Assembly: GCA_050633305.1 (NCBI GenBank)
Contig: JBOEGF010000010.1
Span: 160,001 to 224,000, forward strand
DNA: 64,000 nucleotides
Direction of reading: 5' to 3'
From: Nannocystales bacterium
GTDB taxonomy: Bacteria > Myxococcota_A > Polyangia > Nannocystales > Nannocystaceae
Part shown: positions 56,417 to 64,000 of the stretch, piece by piece
Position numbering within the stretch: position 1 is the first letter of the stretch
How the letters are laid out: the number at the start of each line of letters is the position of its first letter
Translations under genes and position numbers: made by a program
The notes under the pieces: generated by a model
Seen by the model: only the letters and a program-made list of their open reading frames with translations
Database searches by the model: none
What the model was told of the DNA's origin: nothing

Positions 56417-56998
56417 ATGGTGCTGCTCGAGGTGCTCATCTTCCTCGCACCGCTCGTCGAGCTGGAGTGGGACGCGCCGGACTCGTGCCCATCGTCGTCC
56501 GCGTTCGAGGAGAGCGTCACTGCGCAGGCGGACGTCAGCACCGAGGATGAGGCTCCTGCTGTCTTGAAAGCGTGGGTGGTCGTTCGAGAACGCGGCGAGG
56601 GGCGGTGGGAGCTGTCCCTGAGGATGGAGCGGGAGGGGAAGACGGAGTCGCGGACCTTCGAAGCGCAGACGTGCGCAGCTGTAGCCGAGGTCGCGGCGAC
56701 GCTGGTGTCACTCCGGGTCGTGGAGTGGGTCGAGGCTGCGCCCCTCATTCCGGAGCCGGATGCCCTGCCGGCGTCCCAGCCTCGCGTCACGCCCGCCGAG
56801 CCCGAGCCCGAGCCCGAGCCCGTCGGGTCGACCGAGCCTCGTGAATTGAAGCCTGAGCTGGGCGGAGCAGCTCGGACCAAGGGACCGCGTCATCTTCGAG
56901 TGGCGGTTCGCTCCTGTGCGCCGAGCAAGAGGACGACCTCGCGTTGTTCATCCAGGAAAACAGAGAATGCGAAACGGTCTTGGACTGCGTCGAGCTGA
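56417..56998 (+). pseudogene. Probably 3'-truncated secreted protein
   Basis: ELEWDAPDSCP...RTFEAQTCAAVAEVAATLVSL then a PE linker, after which the frame loses protein-like character at about 56850. Confidence 0.5.
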
Positions 56999-57468
56999 GC
57001 GCGCTGTGTTACCGCGGTCCTGCGGCTGCCTGCGGGAACATCGGGATCTCGGCCAACGCCGACCTCGATGCTTGGGACGCTGTCTATGGCGAGTGGACGA
57101 GCAGCTGCGAGTGCGAAGGGGCTGATCCGTGTGGGTCTGAGCTGCTCTGTAACGAGCAAAGAGAGTGTGAGGCGGTTTTTGGCGGACAGGCGTTCTGCAC
57201 CAGCGCGGCGCTCGATGTGGAGGCGTTCCTCGCTGCCAACCGCGCATGCGAAGTCGATGACGACTGCGTGCAGCTGCAGAGCACCTGTCACGTGGACGAC
57301 TGCAGCGTGGTCGTGGTGAGCGTCGACACCGACCCTCAGGACTGGGAGCGACTCGATAGCCGTCTTCGGAGGTGTCAGACCGACCCAGAGGAGGTCTGCA
57401 ACTATGTCGGGGAATGCGGCGCCCAGCACCGCTGCAACGACGCGGGCCTGTGCGAGTCGTATCGCTAG
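56857..57468 (+). pseudogene. Probably 5'-truncated Cys-rich repeat (lipo)protein
   Basis: The frame of ORF 56944..57468 extends upstream as AGRSSSDQGTASSSSGGSLLCAEQEDDLALF to a stop at 56854, with no signal peptide; two NR.C....DCV.L...C repeats. Confidence 0.55.
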
Positions 57469-57526
57469 CACAAGCAACCGCACAGGAACGACGGCATGGG
57501 CTCTGGGGGCGCCGCTACTGGCCGTT

Positions 57527-58372
57527 TCATCGAGTTGGGGACGGCCCCTGGCGTGACGCAGCCGGCTTGCGGACGCGTAGGGCGTATGAGATCGGCAACA
57601 CGCCCTCATATCCCTTTAGCGCGTACCGGTTCGGACCGACCTCGACCGTGTCCGAAAAACAGTCGTGGTGGCCATAGTCGTATTCCTCGAAGGCCTCGAG
57701 ATTGAACCCTCGCCCGAGGAGTGCACCGATGACTTCGCCGAAGGGGTGGTTCCATCCGACCTCGGTTGTTGTCTCCTTGCTGTTGCCGCTGTAGCTCTGG
57801 GCGCCTTCGTCGACGATAGGCCCGCGGTTGAAGTAGCTGTATGCGAAGCTCTTTCTGTCGTCGGACAGCATCCACACCACCGGATGGAACTCCGCGATCA
57901 CGAACACGCCTCCGGGCGCAAGGAAGTGGTCGACAACTTCCGCCCAGCGGTCGAGGTCGGGAAGCCAGCCGATCGTGCCCCACGACGTAAAGACGATGTC
58001 GTAGGCCGCTGCGGCATCGTGGCGCTGCGGGAGCCCATAGATATCGCTGTGCACGAAGCTTCCCTCGAGCTTGGCCAACCCGGCGAGCTCGTTGGCCCGT
58101 TCCACGGCGCGAGCCGAGAGGTCGACCCCGGTCACCACGGCACCGCGGCGCGCAAGCGAAAGCGTGTCCTGGCCAAAGTGACACTGTAGGTGAAGCAGCC
58201 GCTGGGCCTTCAGGTCCCGCGGAAGCATCGAGAGTTCGATCTCGCCGAGACTGTCCTTCCCGGCCAGCCACCCGGGGACGTCGTAGAAGTCCGACTCCCA
58301 GTGCGCATCGACCATCGCATCCCAGTGCGCACGGTTCTGGTCGAGGTAATCGCTTGGATTCGCAGCGCTCAT
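57527..58372 (-). CDS. Class I SAM-dependent methyltransferase
   Basis: LLHLQCHFGQDTLS, VTGVDLS, YDIVFTSWGTIGWLPD, LAPGG...EFHP. Confidence 0.92.
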   Translation of the reverse strand: MSAANPSDYLDQNRAHWDAMVDAHWESDFYDVPGWLAGKDSLGEIELSMLPRDLKAQRLLHLQCHFGQDTLSLARRGAVVTGVDLSARAVERANELAGLAKLEGSFVHSDIYGLPQRHDAAAAYDIVFTSWGTIGWLPDLDRWAEVVDHFLAPGGVFVIAEFHPVVWMLSDDRKSFAYSYFNRGPIVDEGAQSYSGNSKETTTEVGWNHPFGEVIGALLGRGFNLEAFEEYDYGHHDCFSDTVEVGPNRYALKGYEGVLPISYALRVRKPAASRQGPSPTR

Positions 58373-58558
58373 GGGACGCGGAAGGTAGCAGCGCGATTTC
58401 GACTGTCCATCGTTTTGTCCGGTCCGCTGTCCGCTTTTTGGCGTCGACCGAGGGTCGTTGCGGGAGCGTTCTCGGCGGCACGATACGGGACAGCGGTGGC
58501 CGTGGCCCCCAGGTGTACGCTTGGCTCGGGGCCGCGCGGGTCCTCGAGATGAACGCCC

Positions 58559-60472
58559 ATGGGCACGGATGGATCGGGACCGACTCGCAGCAGCTCACCG
58601 AATGAGCGGTGGTCGGAACGGGCCGCCCGGGCGGCGGAGTCGGTCGTCGTGGTGGACGCGCAGCTGCGGCTCCGTTTCATTGGCGGGGTGCCCCCCGGGG
58701 GGAAGTGGACGCTGGGCGAGAGCTGGCTCGCCCACGTCGAGCCCGAGCATCATGAGTCGGTCCGCAGGGTGGTGGCCGAAACGCTCGAGACTGGACTCCC
58801 GCACCCAACCGAGACCTCTGAGGTCGGACCCGCCGGGGAGACCACGCACTACAGCCTGTGGGCATGCCCGACGACCTTCGAGCGAGAACCGTGTGTCTCG
58901 CTGATCCACACCGATGTCTCTCACCTTCGCCGTGAAGAGGAGAAGCTTGCCGTCAGCGACGAGACCCTGCGCTCGGTCATCTCGAACGCGGAGGACTACA
59001 TCACGGTGGTGGACCCGGAGCACCGGATCCTGTTCATGAACCGCGTGAGAGGTTTGGCGTCGGTGAGCGAGGTGCTCGGCCGACCGGTCGAGAGCTTCTT
59101 GCCTCGGAACGAGCGAGAGAAGGTGTCTTCCAGCATCGAGTCGGTCCTGCACACCGGGGTGCCCACCGAGTACACGTTGCAGATGACGATTGGCCTGGAC
59201 TCGGATGCGCGGGACGTGCATCTATCGACCCGCGCCAGTCCGGTCTACCGGGATGGTGACGTGGTCGGGGTCACCTTGATCGCCAACGACATCACCGAGG
59301 CCGTACGCGCCCGGCAACAGCTTCGTCACGCCGAGGAGGCGCTGCAGCGTAGCCAGAGACTCAAGGCTCTCGGTGAGTTGACCGGGGGCATCGCACACGA
59401 TTTCAACAACCTGCTCATGGTCCTGCGCGGGAGTCTGCAGCTTGCGGCGATGGATGTGGGATCCCCCTCCGCCGTGCTTGGCTACTTGGACGAGGCCGAG
59501 GGGGCGATCTCGCGGGCCGCAGCCTTGACCCACCGATTGCTGACGATCGGGCGACGCCAGACCCTGTCCCCGCAGTCCATAGACCTCGACGAGTTGCTGT
59601 CCTCGATGGCGGCGCTCATGGCTCGCACCCTGGGCCCCCAGCTCGACATTCGGGTGCACACGAGCGCCGACGCCTGGCCATGTTACGTGGACCGCCCACA
59701 ACTCGAGAATGCGGTGCTCAACCTTGGTCTCAACGCGCGTGATGCCATGGGGGTCCGTGGTGGTGCCTTGTCCTTGGTGGTCAGCAATCTGACGTACGAG
59801 GGGCATGGGGACCCCCAACTCTCGAACCTGGAGCGTGGGGAGTATGTCTGTATCGAGGTGCAAGACGCGGGCCCAGGCATCCCCTCCGAGACGATGGAGC
59901 GGATCTTCGAGCCGTTCTTCACCACCAAAACCGGCGGAGATGGCAGTGGACTCGGCCTCAGCATGGTCTACGGGTTTGCGATCCAAAGCGGTGGTGATGT
60001 CTCCGTTGCAAGCGAGGTCGGTCGCGGTACGACGGTCCGTATCTACCTCCCTCGGGCCGTTGAAACTGCGGTCCCGGCTCCGGCCGCACGGGTCTCTCGA
60101 GCGAAGCCCACGGGTCGGGGAAAACACATTTTGTTGGTCGAGGACCTCCCGGCGGTGGCCCGACTCACCGAACGCCTGTGCGCTCGCATGGGGTACCGGG
60201 TGACGATGGCCGAAGATGGTGAGGGCGCGCTCGACCAACTGGTGCGCCATGAGGACATCGACCTGTTGTTGACCGACATTGGCTTGCCGGGCGGCTTGGA
60301 CGGTGTCGCGTTGGCCAAGGTTGTCCGCAGCCGATGGCCCGGTACGCCAGTGCTGTTCATGACCGGGTTCGACAACGGTCTGCTCGACGAGCAGTCGGAG
60401 CAGAATCTGCTTCGCAAGCCGTTCGGTGCCCGCCAGTTGGCCGATGCGCTCCAGGGATTGCTCAAGGGCTAG
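58559..60472 (+). CDS. PAS-domain hybrid sensor histidine kinase/response regulator
   Basis: Two PAS-like regions; GGIAHDFNNLL, QLENAVLNLGLNARDAM, FEPFFTTK, GSGLGLS; C-terminal REC (LLVED, LLLTD, KPF). Confidence 0.94.
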   Translation: MGTDGSGPTRSSSPNERWSERAARAAESVVVVDAQLRLRFIGGVPPGGKWTLGESWLAHVEPEHHESVRRVVAETLETGLPHPTETSEVGPAGETTHYSLWACPTTFEREPCVSLIHTDVSHLRREEEKLAVSDETLRSVISNAEDYITVVDPEHRILFMNRVRGLASVSEVLGRPVESFLPRNEREKVSSSIESVLHTGVPTEYTLQMTIGLDSDARDVHLSTRASPVYRDGDVVGVTLIANDITEAVRARQQLRHAEEALQRSQRLKALGELTGGIAHDFNNLLMVLRGSLQLAAMDVGSPSAVLGYLDEAEGAISRAAALTHRLLTIGRRQTLSPQSIDLDELLSSMAALMARTLGPQLDIRVHTSADAWPCYVDRPQLENAVLNLGLNARDAMGVRGGALSLVVSNLTYEGHGDPQLSNLERGEYVCIEVQDAGPGIPSETMERIFEPFFTTKTGGDGSGLGLSMVYGFAIQSGGDVSVASEVGRGTTVRIYLPRAVETAVPAPAARVSRAKPTGRGKHILLVEDLPAVARLTERLCARMGYRVTMAEDGEGALDQLVRHEDIDLLLTDIGLPGGLDGVALAKVVRSRWPGTPVLFMTGFDNGLLDEQSEQNLLRKPFGARQLADALQGLLKG

Positions 60473-60594
60473 GTCGACGTTGCGGGGCGGGTCTGGCAAG
60501 TGCTCTTGCCACCGTGAATCCGCATCGAGACGGAGCCACCCACTACGGCCTGGAAGCCGAGCTTCTGCGTGATAGCCTCCGGCTGCCGCCCGCC

Positions 60595-62385
60595 ATGCGC
60601 CATCGCTTCGAATCCCTCGTCGATATGCAAACCCGGGTCTGCAGCCTGTTCGCTGGGTCCCGCCTCTTCGGTGTGAAATCGGGGGGGGCCTACGCGTGGT
60701 CCACTTACGAAGCGTTCGGGAACGACGTGGACGGGTTCCGAGGCGCGTTGGCGTCCATGGGAGTGGGGCCTGGCGACAAGGTCGCGGTTGTCGGCCACAA
60801 CAGCGTGTCCTGGGCGGTGGGCGCCTTTGCGACCTACGGGCTTGGGGCGGTCTACGTGCCCGTGATGCCCAACCTCCCGCGTAGCGCGATCGCGTACGCC
60901 GTGCGCGACAGCGGCGCGAAGGCCGTGTTGGCAGGCACGGATCGGTTGTATGCGGCCCTTCTGGAGGCCCGGGCTGAACTGCCCGATGTCGAGCACGTGC
61001 TCTCGATGGAAGCCAGCGGTCGCCCGCACGCGTTCGTCGAGCACTTGGTCCGCGGGCACGATGTGGATGCGCCGCCGGTGCGCCCGGGCTCCCAAGACCC
61101 CTCGACGATCTTGTACACGTCAGGCACGACCGGCGCTCCGAAGGGGGTTGTGCTCAGCCACGGCAACCTCATCTCCAACGTCAACGCCGTGCAGCAGGTT
61201 CACGACGTGCAGGCCGACGATGTCAGCTGCGCATTTCTTCCGTGGGCGAACGCGTTCGGTCTCACCTGCGAGTTGTTCGGGATGATGAGCGGCGGTGGTT
61301 CGCTGGGCCTGAGTGCGGACATGGAGAGCCTCGACGCAGACCTACAAGCCGTGCGCCCCACTGTGCTCTTTGGCGTACCGCAGGTGTGGAACACGCTGCA
61401 CGGACGCCTCCAGAAGAAGCTGGCCGGTGCGTCGACAGCCAAGCGCGCCATGTTCGAACGCGGGTTGTCCGTCGCCCGTCGGCGCCGCGAAGCCACAGCG
61501 AAGGGCGAGCGTAGCCTCCGTCTTGAAGCCGAGCATGCGTTGTACGCCAACATGCTGTTCGACGAGGTTCGAGAACACTTCGGTGGCCGCCTCCGGTACG
61601 CGGTCTCGGGCGGGGCAGCGTTGTCCAAGCCGGTCGCTCAGCTGATGGAGGACATCGGAATCGAGGTCTACGAGGGGTACGGGCTCACCGAGACCGCGCC
61701 GATCGTCACGACCAACACCCCGGACGCCAAGCGGTTGGGAACCGTGGGCCGTGCGATCCCCGGGGTCGACGTGTTCATCTGTGACGAACAAGACCAAGTC
61801 CTCGGCCCCGGCAAGGACGGCGAAGTGGTCGTGGCCGGGCCCAACGTGATGCTCGGGTACCACGGGGACCCCGAGACCACCGAGTCGGTCGTGTTCGACC
61901 TCGATGGGCTCCGGGCGTTCCGCACTGGCGATCTTGGTCAGCTCTCGCCTGCGGGATACCTGAGCATCACCGGCCGCCGAAAAAGCCGGTTCAAGCTCGC
62001 CGATGGGACCTTCGTTGTCCCCAAGCCGGTCGAACAACGGCTCGAACTCAGTCCGTTGATCCGGCGTGCCTACGTACACGGGGACAACCGAGACCACAGC
62101 GTCGCTTTGCTCGACCTCGATGCCGACGTGTTGCGGTCGTGGGCGGCCGAGAATGGAGCCGACGTCTCCGGAGAGCTGGAGGCGATCGAGGGGTTCTCGT
62201 CGTTCGTCGACGACGCGGTCAAGATGTGCCTCCAAGGGTGGGAGGGCCATCGCCCCGAGCGGTGGGCGTCGGTTCCACAGGGGTTCTCGGTCGAGCGCGG
62301 TGAGTTGACGCCCAAGCACACGCTCAAACGCCAGAACATCGCAGAGCGTCATGCCTCCCTGATCGAAGGGCTGTACTCGGGCTGA
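60595..62385 (+). CDS. Long-chain fatty acid-CoA ligase (AMP-dependent synthetase)
   Basis: YTSGTTGAPKG, YEGYGLTET, GPNVMLGY, FRTGDLG, ELTPKHTLKR. Confidence 0.93.
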   Translation: MRHRFESLVDMQTRVCSLFAGSRLFGVKSGGAYAWSTYEAFGNDVDGFRGALASMGVGPGDKVAVVGHNSVSWAVGAFATYGLGAVYVPVMPNLPRSAIAYAVRDSGAKAVLAGTDRLYAALLEARAELPDVEHVLSMEASGRPHAFVEHLVRGHDVDAPPVRPGSQDPSTILYTSGTTGAPKGVVLSHGNLISNVNAVQQVHDVQADDVSCAFLPWANAFGLTCELFGMMSGGGSLGLSADMESLDADLQAVRPTVLFGVPQVWNTLHGRLQKKLAGASTAKRAMFERGLSVARRRREATAKGERSLRLEAEHALYANMLFDEVREHFGGRLRYAVSGGAALSKPVAQLMEDIGIEVYEGYGLTETAPIVTTNTPDAKRLGTVGRAIPGVDVFICDEQDQVLGPGKDGEVVVAGPNVMLGYHGDPETTESVVFDLDGLRAFRTGDLGQLSPAGYLSITGRRKSRFKLADGTFVVPKPVEQRLELSPLIRRAYVHGDNRDHSVALLDLDADVLRSWAAENGADVSGELEAIEGFSSFVDDAVKMCLQGWEGHRPERWASVPQGFSVERGELTPKHTLKRQNIAERHASLIEGLYSG

Positions 62386-62428
62386 GCCCGACCGGGGCAT
62401 GCCGAAAGGCTGCTACGGTGCCGCTTCC

Positions 62429-63172
62429 ATGCGGCTGCAGTGCTTCGCTTGTCTCGCTTTGATGATCTCCCTCGCTGGGTGTTCCCCCAAGACGTCCGGC
62501 GAGTCACAGGCTCCGACTGCCCACGCACCCCACGGTCATGATGCTCATGCATCGGCCAACCCCGAACACGACGGCCATGGCCACGGACACCATCGTTTTG
62601 AGGATGCACAGGAGTGGGCGAAGCAGTTCGACGACCCCCAGCGCGATGCGTGGCAGAAGCCCGCGGCGGTGCTCGAATTTCTGAAGCTGGAGCCCACCGC
62701 AGTGGTCGCCGACCTTGGGGCGGGAACAGGCTACTTTGCCGTGAAGATCGCCGCAGCGATCCCGCAGGGTCGGGTGATCGCCAACGATATCGAGCCGGAC
62801 ATGGTCCGCTACCTGACAGAGCGTGCGGACAAGGAGGGCCTGGGCAACGTTGTCGCCGTTCAGGGGACCGCGCAGGGGCCCAAGCTTCCTGAGCCCGCCG
62901 ACGTTGCCTTCATGTGCGACGTCTACCACCACATCGGCGATAGACCGGCGTACTTCACCAAGGTCCGCGAACAACTTCGCGACGGAGGCCGGCTGGTCAT
63001 CGTCGACTTCCGCAAAGATGCGGCGGACGACATTCCTGGGCCCCCACCTGCGATGCGGGTTGCCCACGAACAGCTCGTGCACGAGCTCGAAAGCGTGGGC
63101 TGGAAGCACGTTCGGACCGACGTCGAGACACTCCCCCATCAGTACATCGTTGAGCTGGTTCCCGCGGGTTGA
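62429..63172 (+). CDS. Class I SAM-dependent methyltransferase with lipoprotein signal and His-rich segment
   Basis: Lipobox LAGC; HAPHGHDAH...HGHGHHRF; VADLGAGTGYF; DVYHH; LRDGGRLVIVDF. Confidence 0.88.
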   Translation: MRLQCFACLALMISLAGCSPKTSGESQAPTAHAPHGHDAHASANPEHDGHGHGHHRFEDAQEWAKQFDDPQRDAWQKPAAVLEFLKLEPTAVVADLGAGTGYFAVKIAAAIPQGRVIANDIEPDMVRYLTERADKEGLGNVVAVQGTAQGPKLPEPADVAFMCDVYHHIGDRPAYFTKVREQLRDGGRLVIVDFRKDAADDIPGPPPAMRVAHEQLVHELESVGWKHVRTDVETLPHQYIVELVPAG

Positions 63173-63183
63173 GGCCGAGAGCG

Positions 63184-63993
63184 ATGACGCAGCCTCGCGA
63201 AAAGCCAGGGTTTGGCAAAGGGGTGCTGCGTCGCACCAAGGGGCTGCAGAAGTTCGGCGGGGGTCGCTTCCATCCGCCCGACTCCTTGGCCCCATTCGTC
63301 GAGCACTTCTGGACCACGCATTGGGACCTGCGAGGCGAGCCCGTGTACGAGCAGGATGTACTTCCGCACCCCACCGTGAACGTGGTGTTGGAGCCGGGCT
63401 GTTCGGAGGTGGTCGGGGTGATGACGGGCAAGTTCACGCGTCGCCTGGAGGGACTTGGGCGCGTGTTTTCTGCGACGTTTTGGCCCGGTGGCTATTCCGC
63501 GTTTCATCCGGGGCCGCTGACCGAGTTGACCGACCGGCGGGTCCCGCTTGGGGACCTTCTCGATGTGGACGTGCCCACGCTCGAGCGACGGGTGTTTGTA
63601 GACGCTGGGGACGACGCGGAGCGCGTCGACGCCCTTGTCGGTGCCTTGGAAGCTTGCAGGCCCAGACTCGATCCTGCCGCCGCCCAAGCGCGGGACATCG
63701 TTCGCACGATCATCGACGAGCCCGAGATCCTTCGGGTGGATGACATCGCGGCGCAGGTGGGGCTCGGTGTTCGCACCCTGCAGCGGTTGTTCGCCCGCCA
63801 CGTCGGCGTGAGCCCCAAATGGGTGATTCAGCGGAAGCGTCTGCACGACGCGGCCGAAAGACTCGCCGCGCCCGAACCCCCCGACCTCGCGGCACTCGCC
63901 GCGGAGCTTGGCTACGCCGACCAGGCGCACTTTGTCCGAGACTTCCGCAGCGTGGTCGGGGTTGCGCCGGGCAGCTACACCCGCGAGTTGTAG
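63184..63993 (+). CDS. AraC family transcriptional regulator
   Basis: LAPFVEHFW..HWDL N-terminal domain; RTLQRLF..HVGVSPKW; LGYADQAHFVRDFR. Confidence 0.93.
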   Translation: MTQPREKPGFGKGVLRRTKGLQKFGGGRFHPPDSLAPFVEHFWTTHWDLRGEPVYEQDVLPHPTVNVVLEPGCSEVVGVMTGKFTRRLEGLGRVFSATFWPGGYSAFHPGPLTELTDRRVPLGDLLDVDVPTLERRVFVDAGDDAERVDALVGALEACRPRLDPAAAQARDIVRTIIDEPEILRVDDIAAQVGLGVRTLQRLFARHVGVSPKWVIQRKRLHDAAERLAAPEPPDLAALAAELGYADQAHFVRDFRSVVGVAPGSYTREL

Positions 63994-64000
63994 GCACCGT

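Noticed and set aside
1..64000. Mobile elements, prophage, tRNA or rRNA genes
   Set aside because: No transposase, integrase or phage motifs, no tRNA or rRNA signatures, and no obvious compositional island seen.

Overview
GC-rich, densely coding bacterial DNA. The gene content points to a myxobacterium, probably Nannocystales-like (inference): four Hanks-type Ser/Thr kinases, three ECF sigma factors, many lipoproteins with Ser/Thr/Gly-rich linkers, Myxococcus-type Cys-rich repeats, an AgmX/PglI-type TonB-like protein and a giant TPR protein. About 45 genes can be supported; I found no rRNA, tRNA, CRISPR array or transposase. Highlights missed by the ORF track: (1) a peroxiredoxin-like selenoprotein (38514-39050, minus) with an in-frame UGA in a UxxC motif followed by a bacterial SECIS-like hairpin; (2) an ECF sigma / Ser-Thr kinase with CBM9-like and discoidin-like domains / beta-helix lipoprotein cluster that looks like a polysaccharide-sensing system; (3) a duplicated promoter plus palindromic operator linking a TetR regulator to two non-adjacent genes; (4) a leader uORF with alternative pairings ahead of an orphan EF-G; (5) recurrent TAnnnT boxes 6-9 nt before start codons, suggesting leaderless or near-leaderless mRNAs; (6) an orphan Tat-exported solute-binding protein inside a two-kinase signalling cassette; (7) a degenerate SIR2-like domain fused to the giant TPR protein; (8) a probable deletion junction near 56.85 kb. 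Product calls come from motif recognition by eye; no database search was run.
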